From the NCBI GenBank assembly GCA_001793155.1, contig MGHI01000040.1:3209-67208 (forward strand): a stretch of 64,000 nucleotides of DNA, written 5' to 3'. Positions within the stretch are counted from its first letter, which is position 1. Each line of letters opens with the position of its first letter. The translations under genes were made by a program, and so were the position numbers. This stretch comes from Candidatus Woesebacteria bacterium RIFCSPLOWO2_01_FULL_39_61. Lineage in GTDB: Bacteria; Patescibacteriota; Microgenomatia; UBA8517. The notes below the pieces were generated by a model, which worked only from the letters and a program-made list of their open reading frames with translations, did no database searches and had not been told where the DNA came from. This document shows, one piece after another, positions 9,925 through 20,556 of this stretch.

Positions 9925-10875
9925 ATGGATAAATTTAAAAAACTCATAGTTATCCTACTCTTCACAACTCTGGTTTCATCCGTCTTTACACTACTCTTCA
10001 AATCTCCAACTCCAGTTAAATCTCTTACGAATACTGTTGTCATAAACGAAGTGGCCTGGGCGGGTACCGAAGCGTCGGACGCTGATGAGTGGATCGAGCT
10101 TTTTAATGCAACCGGTTCTGATGTAGATTTGACCGGCTGGTCATTAAATGCCACTGATGGCGTCCCAGCCATCGCCTTAAACGGTACAATTCCGGCAAAC
10201 GGGTTTTTCTTGTTGGAAAGAACTGATGACACAACTATTAAAGACATTACAGCCAACCAATTTTTTACAGGAGCGTTGGGTAACGACGGAGAAAGTTTGG
10301 AATTAAGAAACACAAGTAGCGAATTAGTAGATTCAGCTAATGCTGACGGAGGAGCCTGGCCGGCCGGCAGTAGTAGTCCTGCCAAAACTATGGAAAGAAT
10401 AAATCCTTTGCTTGCCGACAGCGACGACAACTGGGCAACCAATGACGGAGCGACAATTAACGGAACCGACTCGGCTGATGGTACAATATTAGGTACCCCT
10501 AAGGCAGCAAATAGTGTACTTAACTTAAGTATAACTCCAACCGAGGGAGTAACCCCCACCCAAGAACCGACTCCTATTCCGACTACTGAGCCAACAGCTG
10601 AACCCACCGTGGTTCCCACCGAAGAGCCAACACCTATTCCGACCGAGGAACCCACACCGATACCAACAGCGGAGCCAACAGCTGAACCAACCGCAATCCC
10701 AACGGGTGAACCATCACCGACATTAACCCCCGTTCCCTCCCCCCAGCCTACTCCTCAGGGAATGGTTATTGGAGTATTGGGATTTGGAACAAATAGAACA
10801 ACATGCAGATTAAGTTTCCGCTTGGCAAGCTTCGGCTTTTTAAGATTCTTCTTGCCACGAATCTCCTGTTCATAA
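9925..10875 (+). CDS. Lamin-tail-domain secreted protein with Pro/Thr-rich linker
   Basis: 'VVINEVAWAG...DEWIELFN....VDLTGW' and 'GTPKAANS'; EPTPIPT repeats. Confidence 0.8.
   Translation: MDKFKKLIVILLFTTLVSSVFTLLFKSPTPVKSLTNTVVINEVAWAGTEASDADEWIELFNATGSDVDLTGWSLNATDGVPAIALNGTIPANGFFLLERTDDTTIKDITANQFFTGALGNDGESLELRNTSSELVDSANADGGAWPAGSSSPAKTMERINPLLADSDDNWATNDGATINGTDSADGTILGTPKAANSVLNLSITPTEGVTPTQEPTPIPTTEPTAEPTVVPTEEPTPIPTEEPTPIPTAEPTAEPTAIPTGEPSPTLTPVPSPQPTPQGMVIGVLGFGTNRTTCRLSFRLASFGFLRFFLPRISCS
10535..10750 (+). repeat. Coding tandem repeats (EPTPIPT/EPTAEPT)
   Basis: Repeated 12/24-nt units encoding a PT-rich stalk. Confidence 0.8.
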
Positions 10876-10907
10876 GACGCTAACTTCAGAATCTGTCCCG
10901 ACTTCTT

Positions 10908-11456
10908 CTATTCTTTTTTTACCAGTTTGCTGAAATCTTTATAAAGTTTTTGAATTTTTGGATCAATCACTAATTTACAATAGAATGCGCCCCTGCTTTT
11001 TTCGTAATAGTCTTTATGAACTTTCTCGGCAGGATAAAAAGAGGTAAAAGGAAGTACTTCCGTTACTATTTTTTGGTTAAACTCTTTTGACTTCTCCAAT
11101 TTACCGACAAAATCGATCGCCAGTTTTTTTTGCTTTTCACCATGATAAAAAATAACCGATCGGTACTGGCTACCCACATCGGCTCCCTGCCGGTTTAAAG
11201 TCGTAGGATCATGAGTAGCGAAAAAAACTTCCAGGAGCTTTGAGAAGGAAATTGCCAGGGGGTCAAACTCGATTTGTATCGCCTCCGCATGACCGGTTAC
11301 TCCGGCAGCCACCTGTTCATAAGAGGGATTTTCCATTTTTCCTCCGGAGTAACCCGGAGTTACACTCCCTACCCCCCTTAGCCTTCTGAAAATTGCCTCT
11401 GTACACCAAAAACATCCTCCCGCAAAGGTTGCTATATCTAATTTTTTATCTTTCAT
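10908..11456 (-). CDS. msrA: Peptide-methionine (S)-S-oxide reductase
   Basis: 'GGCFWCTE', 'TGHAE', 'HDPTTLNRQGADVGSQYRS'. Confidence 0.97.
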   Translation of the reverse strand: MKDKKLDIATFAGGCFWCTEAIFRRLRGVGSVTPGYSGGKMENPSYEQVAAGVTGHAEAIQIEFDPLAISFSKLLEVFFATHDPTTLNRQGADVGSQYRSVIFYHGEKQKKLAIDFVGKLEKSKEFNQKIVTEVLPFTSFYPAEKVHKDYYEKSRGAFYCKLVIDPKIQKLYKDFSKLVKKE

Positions 11457-11584
11457 CACCTAAGTTTACCAAAATTCGGGACCAACATCCCAAACCCTAG
11501 AGAGGAACTTTTTTTAACTATGGTAGAACACAACAAAAACACTTCCTAGAAGTTATTAAACTTTTTACCATATAGGGTAACTTT

Positions 11585-12154
11585 TTAGCTTTCGCTACCC
11601 TTCAAGACTTTTTCGACAACGTCGTGCGGTAGTGATGCCGCAGACATCAAAGCGGCTCGCACTGTTTTACCAACCTCCCCGCCAACCTCATCAGCTGCCT
11701 TTACAACTCCAAGTACCGCTTCTCTTGCAGCATCCCCGGTGGAAACCCCGACAGATCCGGCAGCTTCAATCGCTCCTTCAACCGCCGAGACAGCGACTTC
11801 GCCCAAATCTCCACCCAGTTCTGCCGCTCCGGAAACTGCACCTTGAGCCGCTTTTTGGGCCGCAGAAAGAACGTCTCCCCCCAACTCAGAAACACCAGAG
11901 ACTGCAGAGCTGACCGCACCTTTAGCTGCTCCAACTACTGAAGTTCCAACATCGCTTGCCGCCGAAACGCTTCCGGAGACAATGTCGGCCAAGGTATCCA
12001 TACCAGTGGTTGCCATATCGGAAACATCTTTCAGAGAACCGACTACTTGATTCTTAACGGCTCCCCGCAGTGAAGAAAGTACGTCGTCCGCCCCTTTAAC
12101 TGTCGATACAATTGTGCTACTGACTTCCTTTGCAAAATTAGATAACATTCCCAT
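11585..12154 (-). CDS. Ala/Gly/Val-rich amphipathic repeat protein
   Basis: Quasi-repeats 'ELGGD....A..A..GAV..A'; SD AAAGGGGGTGA. Confidence 0.6.
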   Translation of the reverse strand: MGMLSNFAKEVSSTIVSTVKGADDVLSSLRGAVKNQVVGSLKDVSDMATTGMDTLADIVSGSVSAASDVGTSVVGAAKGAVSSAVSGVSELGGDVLSAAQKAAQGAVSGAAELGGDLGEVAVSAVEGAIEAAGSVGVSTGDAAREAVLGVVKAADEVGGEVGKTVRAALMSAASLPHDVVEKVLKGSES

Positions 12155-12342
12155 TGTTCACCCCCTTTCACTTTTCAACACTTTAAGTTTAACAAAGACA
12201 AAACCCGGTGTACATCACAAATAGATGTATCGTTGCACAATTCAAACTTTTACCCTATAATAGCGATGTTCTTTAACAGGCGTCAGAAGCAATAAAAGCC
12301 ATAAAAAAATCCATCAGACAAAAGCAAAAAGGAGAGTGTTTC

Positions 12343-12825
12343 ATGATCACAGTAAGCAGAATCTCGATGTTTGGCCGTATCTACTTGTATTGGGAGCGTA
12401 TGACCGGGGGAAACCCCTACTGGTACCAGGAAAACCTGTGCCATTTTGTAAGGGTCCTCATTTTCTGGACACCACTAGCCTGGTTTACCAAACACCGTCT
12501 TTTCAAGACGGACATAAAACCTTGGATGGTTGTCTCCGCTCTTTTGTTTGCTGCCACCCTAATTCTTTCCCGGGATTTCCGCCTTACCGTTGCGGTCATC
12601 ATTGGAGTGCTACTGGCCATTTTAGGCACAGTAGCAATCGTGTATATAATTGATAAGATATACAACGGAAGCCCAAGACTGCAAAGGCTCGGTCGCTTTC
12701 TCGAAGAGGCTTGGTTCTGGTTCTGGGAGAAAAGATTTGCTCCATTTATTTATCCCTGGACCCTAACTTTAGCCCTTCTCAACGTTTCACTGCAGTTTGG
12801 CTACCTCTTTGGTTCAAGGTTTTAG
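12343..12825 (+). CDS. Hypothetical membrane protein (possibly the N-terminal part of a frameshifted gene)
   Basis: SD AAAGGAG; 'ENLCHFVRVLIFWTP'; TM segments. Confidence 0.5.
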   Translation: MITVSRISMFGRIYLYWERMTGGNPYWYQENLCHFVRVLIFWTPLAWFTKHRLFKTDIKPWMVVSALLFAATLILSRDFRLTVAVIIGVLLAILGTVAIVYIIDKIYNGSPRLQRLGRFLEEAWFWFWEKRFAPFIYPWTLTLALLNVSLQFGYLFGSRF

Positions 12826-13073
12826 CGCTAGTTGAACTCAGTTTTTTGGTCGCGGTCGTTATTGTCGTAGCTATAGCTGGTGTACTGGCACTCTGGGAAC
12901 GCATACGACCGCCAAGAAGATATCAAGTACGGAAAGAGCGTCTTCACATCGAGGACACCAAACTCTACGACAGCCTGGACGTTGCCTGGAAATACGTCAA
13001 AGCCATAAAGCTGCGCATTTGTCCCTTCATCAAAATTGTTGACGACGAAGAGAATGAGGAAGATAAAGATTAG
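12711..13073 (+). CDS. Hypothetical membrane protein fragment (likely C-terminal continuation of the previous ORF)
   Basis: TM helix followed by 'WKYVKAIKLRICPFIKI'; no good start codon of its own. Confidence 0.4.
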   Translation: MVLVLGEKICSIYLSLDPNFSPSQRFTAVWLPLWFKVLALVELSFLVAVVIVVAIAGVLALWERIRPPRRYQVRKERLHIEDTKLYDSLDVAWKYVKAIKLRICPFIKIVDDEENEEDKD

Positions 13074-13099
13074 CTGACCGCCTGTAGGAGATTGACACA

Positions 13100-13171
13100 A
13101 GCTGTTGGGGAAACCAACAATGAACAATGAACTAAAAGTTCAAACATTCGTTGCAAAATTCCCCAACAGCT
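13100..13171. terminator. Long inverted repeat between convergent genes
   Basis: AGCTGTTGGGGAA (13100-13112) / TTCCCCAACAGCT (13159-13171). Confidence 0.5.
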
Positions 13172-13245
13172 AACTATTACTCGAGATAGTCCTGAAGTTT
13201 TCCCGCTAAGCGGGACTGCGCCGAGTCTGATTCGGCTTGTTTTCT

Positions 13246-14325
13246 TCACTCAAGGTAGTCCTGCAACTTCTTTCTTCTGCTAGGGTGTTTCAGTTTTCTT
13301 AAAGCCTTTGCTTCTATTTGACGAATCCTTTCGCGGGTTACTCCGAATACCTTTCCGACTTCTTCCAGGGTCATTTGTTTATTTCCCTCCAATCCGAATC
13401 GAAGCTTTAGAACCCTCGCCTCCCGATCAGAGAGAGTAGAAAGTACCTCGTCTAAATGATCCTTGAGGAGTTGTTTCGAAGCTGCGTCAACGGGAGAAAG
13501 CTGGCTCTCATCGGGAATAAAATCTCCCAGAAAACTTTCCTGATCCTCTCCGACCGGAGCCTCAAGGCTAGTTACCTCCTGGGCAATTTTAAATATCTCG
13601 CGGACCCTGTCCGCATCAATTTCCGCCTCTTCGGCAATCTCCTCCGCAGTTGGTTCACGACCCAACTCCTGCATAAGACGGCGGCTGATTCTATACAACT
13701 TATTAATAGTTTCAACCATGTGGACAGGAATCCGAATTGTCCTTGCCTGATCGGCAATGGCTCTGGTTATGGCTTGGCGTATCCACCAGGTTGCATAGGT
13801 CGAAAACTTATAACCCTTACGCCAGTCGTATTTCTCAACCGCTCTAATTAATCCCTGATTACCCTCTTGGATAAGATCAAGAAGAGATAGTCCACGACCG
13901 ATATACTTTTTAGCGATTGAGACAACCAACCTAAGATTGGACTCCGTTAATTTATCCTTGGCTGCTTTTTCAGCTTTTTCATAGCGCTTGGCAAGTTCAA
14001 CCTCTTCTTCAGCAACCAGAAGCGGTACTTTACCAATCTCCCGTAAATATTGCCTGACCGGATCAGTTGACTCCGCCCCCCCAAGCTTGGATAATATTTC
14101 AATCTCCCGCTCGAGTTTTTCTTTGGCCTTTTCGTCCGAATCGATTTCCTCTGTTTCCACCGATTCAAATACGTCGATTCCCTCGGCCAGCAACTTATCG
14201 TAAAGCTCGTCTAACTCTTCTAACCTATCTTCGGCGTCGGGAAATACAACTAAAATATCATCCTGAGTCAGGAATCCCTGCTCTCTTCCTCTTTTTATTA
14301 AACCCACAACGTCTTTTCTTTTCAT
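13246..14325 (-). CDS. rpoD: RNA polymerase primary sigma factor
   Basis: '[11 protein letters not shown]', '[12 protein letters not shown]', '[31 protein letters not shown]', '[17 protein letters not shown]'. Confidence 0.99.
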   Translation of the reverse strand: MKRKDVVGLIKRGREQGFLTQDDILVVFPDAEDRLEELDELYDKLLAEGIDVFESVETEEIDSDEKAKEKLEREIEILSKLGGAESTDPVRQYLREIGKVPLLVAEEEVELAKRYEKAEKAAKDKLTESNLRLVVSIAKKYIGRGLSLLDLIQEGNQGLIRAVEKYDWRKGYKFSTYATWWIRQAITRAIADQARTIRIPVHMVETINKLYRISRRLMQELGREPTAEEIAEEAEIDADRVREIFKIAQEVTSLEAPVGEDQESFLGDFIPDESQLSPVDAASKQLLKDHLDEVLSTLSDREARVLKLRFGLEGNKQMTLEEVGKVFGVTRERIRQIEAKALRKLKHPSRRKKLQDYLE

Positions 14326-14524
14326 ATAGTCATATTAAAACAAAAAGTTAATTTTGACATTTTGTTTGGCAAGCATAGAATTCCTATATACCAAACTCAA
14401 TAATATATGTCATTTTGTTTTGAGTTTGCTATATCTGATTATTTCGCTTTTTTGAATACCCGGGCCTTGCTCGGCAAATTTCCTCTTGACGTATTATAAC
14501 TTTTTGACTGCCAATTCGCACAAC

Positions 14525-16324
14525 TTAGTGTTTTTTAGTATCTAAATCCGGGTTTTCAAGATCATGTAGCTTATTGGTTAAAATATTGTACTTTTCTTGA
14601 GTTTTTAACAATTTCCCCGTTTCCTTTTTAAGTTCCAGGTCTTTTATCTTTAAAGCTGACTTTTTCAATTCTTCCTTAATTTGAACGCTTTGAAGCTGTC
14701 TAACGATAAGTTCTATCTCTTTTTCGTAAGTTTCGGGTTTATCGGCCAAGCCCCTAATGTCCTTCAATACCATATCCGTAAATCCGCTTACCAACTCGTC
14801 GGGGAGCTTGCTTGCAAATATTGACGGATCAAATTCCTTGTTTTTATCCATAAAGAGGGTAAACTCGTCGAGTATTTTTCTGGTTAGCGGGGTTTTAACC
14901 AAAGCTTGGGTCTGACGATTAAGAAGAACTTTGGGATCATAACGAAAGGCTACACTCATAAGACGGTCTTCCAAAAGCTCTCTTCTTCCTTTCTTCTCTT
15001 CACTGGGAATTATTACAACATTAGAAGCTTCTTTATTATCTTCCGTGGGTTTTCTGAAAGATATCTGTTCTGCCACGGCCTCGGGATTTACGCCCAAACG
15101 CCTGGCCACCTCCTGAATATAGTAAGACTGAACAATCTTGTCTGATATACGGGAAAGAATAGGAACGACCTCTCTGCTTATTTTCGCCTTGGCAATTCCG
15201 GTTTTGTCGGTGTTTTTGGCAAAGATGAGATCAATAACAAAATCCCAAACTCCTACTGCGTTCTGCACTGCTTTCTTAAGATAGTCGGGGTTCTGTCTAG
15301 CTGCTTCGTCCGGATCTTTATACTTACCGAGCCTTACCACTCGCATATCAAACCCTTGCCTTTCTGCAATTTCTATACCACGCTTGGCAGCCGAATCACC
15401 GGCAACGTCGGCATCAAGTGCTAAAATTATTTCGTTGGCAAAACGGGATAAAAGTCCCACCTGATCTTCGGTTAGAGCCGAACCCTTGATTGCGACTACA
15501 TTTTTAATACCCGCTTGCCAGCTCGATATCATATCCAACTCCCCCTCAACGACAACTACCGAACCGCTCTTTTTAATATCTTTTTTGGTCGATTCAAGTC
15601 CGTAAAGAATCTTGGATTTGTGATATATATCAGTCTCCGGAGTGTTTATATACTTAGCCAGGTTTAGTTTTTCCTTATCGGGCAAAATTCTACCGGCAAA
15701 ACCTACCACATTACTCCTGTGATCTGATAAAGGAAAGATAACCCTACCACGGAAGCGGTCATATGTCTTTCCGTCTTTAGTATAGATAAGGCCCGCCGAT
15801 TCGAGATCTTTTTGAATAAATTTCTTTTTCTCGATTAAATATTTCCTTATGGCAAACGGTTCGTCAGGAGAATAACCCAACTTAAATGTCCTGATGGTTG
15901 ATATCTTCAATCCACGCCTTAGGAGATAGTCAAGCGCCTTTTTTCCGACTCTGTGACTGGTTAGAACATAATGATAAAAAGCGGTTGTCAAAGAATTCAC
16001 TCGGTAAAGTTTGTCCTTAACCCCCTGCTGACCGGATTGCAAAGGCTTAAGCTGCACCCCGGCACGGTCGGCCAAGAATTTCAGAGCTTCGTAAAAATCC
16101 ATTCCTTCATACTTCTCCAAAAAAGAAATTGCGTCTCCTGATTCTCCGCAGCCAAAACACTTAAAATGCTGAATTTCGGGCGAAACCACAAATGACGGTG
16201 TTTTCTCGCTATGAAAAGGGCACAAGGCTTTGAAGTTCTTTCCGGCCTTCTTTAAGGTAATATAATCCGAAATCACCGAAACAATATCGGATTTTGCTTT
16301 TATTTCATCTACTTGATCACTCAT
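14525..16324 (-). CDS. dnaG: DNA primase
   Basis: 'CPFHSEKTPSF...CFGC' zinc finger, 'DRFRGRVIFP', 'KYINTPET', Toprim 'VEGELD', 'KDPDE'. Confidence 0.99.
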   Translation of the reverse strand: MSDQVDEIKAKSDIVSVISDYITLKKAGKNFKALCPFHSEKTPSFVVSPEIQHFKCFGCGESGDAISFLEKYEGMDFYEALKFLADRAGVQLKPLQSGQQGVKDKLYRVNSLTTAFYHYVLTSHRVGKKALDYLLRRGLKISTIRTFKLGYSPDEPFAIRKYLIEKKKFIQKDLESAGLIYTKDGKTYDRFRGRVIFPLSDHRSNVVGFAGRILPDKEKLNLAKYINTPETDIYHKSKILYGLESTKKDIKKSGSVVVVEGELDMISSWQAGIKNVVAIKGSALTEDQVGLLSRFANEIILALDADVAGDSAAKRGIEIAERQGFDMRVVRLGKYKDPDEAARQNPDYLKKAVQNAVGVWDFVIDLIFAKNTDKTGIAKAKISREVVPILSRISDKIVQSYYIQEVARRLGVNPEAVAEQISFRKPTEDNKEASNVVIIPSEEKKGRRELLEDRLMSVAFRYDPKVLLNRQTQALVKTPLTRKILDEFTLFMDKNKEFDPSIFASKLPDELVSGFTDMVLKDIRGLADKPETYEKEIELIVRQLQSVQIKEELKKSALKIKDLELKKETGKLLKTQEKYNILTNKLHDLENPDLDTKKH

Positions 16325-16391
16325 TTACCCTGATTATATCTCACTCTTTAATTTTATATAATTAAGTTCAACTTTACTTTTATAAACAAAA

Positions 16392-17717
16392 ATGAAAATA
16401 CTAAAATTAGCTTTTCTCCCAGTCACCACCCTGCTTATCTTTTTATATCTTTACGGAGCGATCCAACATTCTAACTTAATAAACATAAGAACACGTACGG
16501 GAGATCTTGATCACGGCGACCAAGGGGCGTATATAGAGGTAATTAAAAAAACCTATAACGAGAGCTTCAGATTTCTCGGCGATAGAAATAGAATGCCTCT
16601 TTATACTACTTTCCAAGCCATATTTTATACACCGGGCATAACCGATGAACGACTCTTCGCTCAAGCTAAGTTGATCAATATATTTTTTTCAATCTTTCTT
16701 ATCTACCTCATGTTTATCTTTAATCGAAGATACATTTCTAAACTAAGCAATATTGTATTTACACTGATTATTGGCTTTTCTGTCTTTTTGCCCCGGTCCG
16801 CCTATGTACAGCCCGAACTTCTTTACTTCACATTAAGTTTTTTTGCATTTGTGTATTTTTGTAAAACTATCAAACACAAAAAGGTTGCTGATGTTGTCTT
16901 CGCGGCAATCCTGGCTGTGGCGGCTTATATGACAAAGGCTTCGATGCTCCTGGGGTTTGGATTTTTTATCTTTTTTCTTTTTCTGTCCGGCTTAAAGGGA
17001 TACAGAATTAAGAGGATGTTGGCAATTCCGATAATCGCCTTAATAATTTTTTTATCGCTCGTATCTCCATACCTTATTCAAACCAAAAAACTTTATGGAG
17101 GTTATTTTTTCAATTACGCAACTACTTATATGTGGAGTCAGAACTGGGATGAGGCGTTAACCGTCGATAAAAAATTGCGAAATATTGAATACATAAGATC
17201 GCTGTCAAAAGATCAGCTACCGTCATTGGGCAGATACATTAAGGAACGCTCCGCCTCCGATATGAGCTTGCGTATGTTTACCGGCATCATTCTAAATATA
17301 GGTATACTTTTAGGAACGTACGCAACCCTTTCCTCCGCAATTCTTATTTTATACATTCTCTTTTTAATTTATTTTATTTTTTCCAGTATAAGGCTGGATA
17401 GCTTTCGAAGATTCTTAAATCAAAATAAGGCTGTAATAATTTTTATTTTAGGTTATCTTCTTTCATATTTCTTCGCGTTTTCCTGGTATGCTCCGATTGG
17501 TGCCGGCCCAAGGTTTACCTTTACCACTTATATACCCGCTCTTTTTTCTGTCCTTTATCTATCTGAAAAGCTTAGCATTAAGGGAGAAGTTTCAAAATTT
17601 AATCCTATTAGTACTCAACTTTTTTATTTAACTCATATAGCTTCATTTATCATCTTATTTTTGGGAGTAAAAGGCCTAATCTTTCCCTATCTTTTCACTT
17701 CATGGGCTGGGTTCTAG
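16392..17717 (+). CDS. GT-C/PMT-like multi-TM glycosyltransferase candidate
   Basis: 'DQGAY', 'RMPLY', 'PELLY', 'GPRF'; many TM helices. Confidence 0.55.
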   Translation: MKILKLAFLPVTTLLIFLYLYGAIQHSNLINIRTRTGDLDHGDQGAYIEVIKKTYNESFRFLGDRNRMPLYTTFQAIFYTPGITDERLFAQAKLINIFFSIFLIYLMFIFNRRYISKLSNIVFTLIIGFSVFLPRSAYVQPELLYFTLSFFAFVYFCKTIKHKKVADVVFAAILAVAAYMTKASMLLGFGFFIFFLFLSGLKGYRIKRMLAIPIIALIIFLSLVSPYLIQTKKLYGGYFFNYATTYMWSQNWDEALTVDKKLRNIEYIRSLSKDQLPSLGRYIKERSASDMSLRMFTGIILNIGILLGTYATLSSAILILYILFLIYFIFSSIRLDSFRRFLNQNKAVIIFILGYLLSYFFAFSWYAPIGAGPRFTFTTYIPALFSVLYLSEKLSIKGEVSKFNPISTQLFYLTHIASFIILFLGVKGLIFPYLFTSWAGF

Positions 17718-18941
17718 AGACTTATTTGCGTTAATAACCTGTTTATCTACTAAACCCAAAACTAGGCTAAATGAAAAGACAAGCATAACAATTATTGTAG
17801 GTACCAACCCCCACCAAAAACTTAAGCTGGTTGCAAAAAACAATGAGAGAGTCAGAAAGATCTTCCTTGTTATCATTACCTTACTATCAAGAAGTGCAAA
17901 GAGGGGTGGGAGAAGGATTACCAAATCATGAAGAAGGGTGTGGCCAGAAAACAATAGAGTAAAAAACACTGCAATTAAAAATCTGTGGCCAAATTTAGCA
18001 TTACGGGGATTTCTTATAAAAACAAGGATTGCCACAAAATAACAAACAACATTAAGGCCAATAGACTTATAACCATACAACCACCCTCTAAAAATAAAGG
18101 CGAGTAATCCATTTAGGCTAACCATCTTTACGGCCTGAGGATCATATTTCCAATAATCCTGGCCTGCGGCAATTATGTGAATATAATCAGAAAGGGTAGG
18201 AGTAATTCCCGAAATTAGTATACTAATTCCTACCAAGATAGCTAACATACTAAGAAAACCCAAGACAAAGCGCCTCTTATCCTGGACCAGGATATATAGA
18301 AACGGTGTAATAATCATAAATTGAGGTTTAATCAAAAAAAGGGCCGTAAATATACCTGCCTGAAATGTTTTTTTTCTGGTCAAGGAAAGAAAAATAAATA
18401 AGGTAACTATGGCTAGAATTAGGGTAGGTTGACCCATGAATAAAGTACCAATTACCGGCAAAAATAAGGGGGGGGAAATATATAAAAAAAGCCTGTTTAT
18501 TTTCTTAAAATATCTAGACGAGAGAAAAATAAGCATCCATAAAAAGAAAATATTTAAGGCTAAAAAAGAAATATAACCCACATCATATTCCATTAGCGAA
18601 AACGGAAGGTAGAAAAGAACAACAAAGGGAGGGTTCATAAACATCGCGACCGGTTTACTTTCCGAAAAAGTAAGCTCCTCTCCTAAATATTTTTTGATAA
18701 GCTTCAATTGGAAGGATCGTTGAACATCTACTTTATAGAGCGAGGAACCCTTCCCTTCCTTCACAATCTGGGCGGCTGTGTAAAAATGAATGAAGTCTGT
18801 CCCAAAAGCAAACTTTCCCCTCATAAGGAAAAGTACATATGAAAATATAAGAAGTACCATCACAATTCCAAAAATAAAAATTGTGGGGGTCGCTAAGTTG
18901 TGTATTGAAAAAAATTTCTTGCTTCGGAAATTTTTAGTCAT
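17700..18941 (-). CDS. Glycosyltransferase family 87-like protein
   Basis: 'TDFIHFYTA', 'NPPF', 'GQPT', 'IKPQ', 'HDLVIL'. Confidence 0.8.
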   Translation of the reverse strand: MTKNFRSKKFFSIHNLATPTIFIFGIVMVLLIFSYVLFLMRGKFAFGTDFIHFYTAAQIVKEGKGSSLYKVDVQRSFQLKLIKKYLGEELTFSESKPVAMFMNPPFVVLFYLPFSLMEYDVGYISFLALNIFFLWMLIFLSSRYFKKINRLFLYISPPLFLPVIGTLFMGQPTLILAIVTLFIFLSLTRKKTFQAGIFTALFLIKPQFMIITPFLYILVQDKRRFVLGFLSMLAILVGISILISGITPTLSDYIHIIAAGQDYWKYDPQAVKMVSLNGLLAFIFRGWLYGYKSIGLNVVCYFVAILVFIRNPRNAKFGHRFLIAVFFTLLFSGHTLLHDLVILLPPLFALLDSKVMITRKIFLTLSLFFATSLSFWWGLVPTIIVMLVFSFSLVLGLVDKQVINANKSLEPSP

Positions 18942-18989
18942 CGAATCCTCTCTCTTGTAATTTTAAGAGTGCCTTCGTGGCGTTAATTA

Positions 18990-20555
18990 TTACTTATGTT
19001 TTTTTAAAACTACCGCGGTCTCATCCTGGTATACTTCTTCCCACCCGTCTTTTTCTAGCTGTTTTACAAGTTTAAAGTCTTTCTTTTTATAACCAAAGTA
19101 TGTTAAGAAGTTTCCAACTTTTTCAAAATAAACATCGAGTGGCGTATCGTCTTTCGGTTTGGTCCACAAAACTACCTGAATATTATATTCGTCAAATACT
19201 TTCTTATAGTCCAATTCCCCACCGAGAATTTTGGTGTAATCGTCAAAAGCCGAATTTGTTTCCCCGTCGGGAGCATTCCAACGCCAACTCGGCATTCTTC
19301 CATCGACAAATACCTTCTTTTCAGGTATTTTCCAAATCAAATAACCACCCCAACCGTACTCGGTAAAAATTTGTCCGGGAGGAGTATTCTCTTTAAGATA
19401 GTAAACCGCACTTTTGGGATAGTAGTTCTCTTCTGTCAAAGAAATTCCTTCGGCGTAATCAAAAATAAGCTGGAATAAAACAATTCCAAGCACCCCCAGC
19501 CAAGCCCATCTATATGCCTTAAAAATTCTCTCTAAGGCAGATTTCTTATTCTTAAGCTGATTGTGAAATGTCCAAATAGCTTGGGTTACAATCGGTAAAC
19601 CTGCAATTACCAAAAGAGGTAAATGTCTTCTTGAACTAACGGCCTGAACCAAAAAGAAGAAAAACAAAAAAACTTCCTCTGTTTTCAGAAATTTTCTTTG
19701 CTTCCAGACAAAAACCGAAGAAAAAGTACCCAAAACAATCATCGGTAAATTAAGCATGGTAATGGCCGGCATCCACTCGTTAATTGCCCAGCGAAGCTTA
19801 GCATCAACGATTGAAGACCAGACTTCCCTCCAGACACCAAAACCATAGGGATTTACTAGGGTAATAAGAAGGCTGGCAATAAAAATAAAATATGAATATA
19901 AGTTGACTTTCTTTTCTCTTAAGGATCTGGTAATCAATACCAGGAAAAATGACATTAATCCGGATGCAAATCCTCCGTGTGTGTTAGCCCAGACCAGAAA
20001 TATCAGTGGCAAAAAGAGTCTGTATTTTTTCCAAAGTATGTCGTCAAAGATCATCTTGAGGAGTAGTGCGAGAAATACCCAAGTTAAAATCTGGACACGC
20101 ACTCCAAAAAAGACAAAAAGTAAAGAGATAGATAGCAAAAATACAAAATTGGAAAAGTCTCCGAAATCGCCGCCCAAGGACTTCCGATAAATATTTGTCA
20201 AATCTTTCTTGACACTTGATTTTAAAGTTGAATGGGAAATCTTTATCGCCAAAAAAACAAAAAGAGAGTAGATAAGCGCAAGACCTATCTTACCGACAAT
20301 TGGGAAAAGATACGAAAGCGTCAGGCTTTGCAACCAGGCATGATCAACATATGGGAAGGAAGGCATCGTATAACTAAAGGGGTCCTTATATTGTATGCCC
20401 GTCTTGAGAATTAGTTCGCCCGATTTCAACCTCCAGCCAAAATCAGGATCAAGAAAGACAATCGCTCTCGTCCAAAATAAGATTAAAGCCAGCATATAAA
20501 ATATCGCTCTGCCGTACTTCTTTGCAAAGGCCAAAAAATAATTTAAGTGGTACAT
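18990..20555 (-). CDS. Multi-TM GT-C-like protein
   Basis: 'DPDFGWRL..G', 'DPFSYT', 'HAWL', 'WANTHGGF', 'NPYG', 'VFVDGR'. Confidence 0.7.
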   Translation of the reverse strand: MYHLNYFLAFAKKYGRAIFYMLALILFWTRAIVFLDPDFGWRLKSGELILKTGIQYKDPFSYTMPSFPYVDHAWLQSLTLSYLFPIVGKIGLALIYSLFVFLAIKISHSTLKSSVKKDLTNIYRKSLGGDFGDFSNFVFLLSISLLFVFFGVRVQILTWVFLALLLKMIFDDILWKKYRLFLPLIFLVWANTHGGFASGLMSFFLVLITRSLREKKVNLYSYFIFIASLLITLVNPYGFGVWREVWSSIVDAKLRWAINEWMPAITMLNLPMIVLGTFSSVFVWKQRKFLKTEEVFLFFFFLVQAVSSRRHLPLLVIAGLPIVTQAIWTFHNQLKNKKSALERIFKAYRWAWLGVLGIVLFQLIFDYAEGISLTEENYYPKSAVYYLKENTPPGQIFTEYGWGGYLIWKIPEKKVFVDGRMPSWRWNAPDGETNSAFDDYTKILGGELDYKKVFDEYNIQVVLWTKPKDDTPLDVYFEKVGNFLTYFGYKKKDFKLVKQLEKDGWEEVYQDETAVVLKKHK

Positions 20556-20556
20556 T

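Noticed and set aside
9918-10655. 245-aa minus-strand ORF
   Set aside because: Antisense shadow of the lamin-tail/PT-repeat gene, which carries the recognisable motifs.
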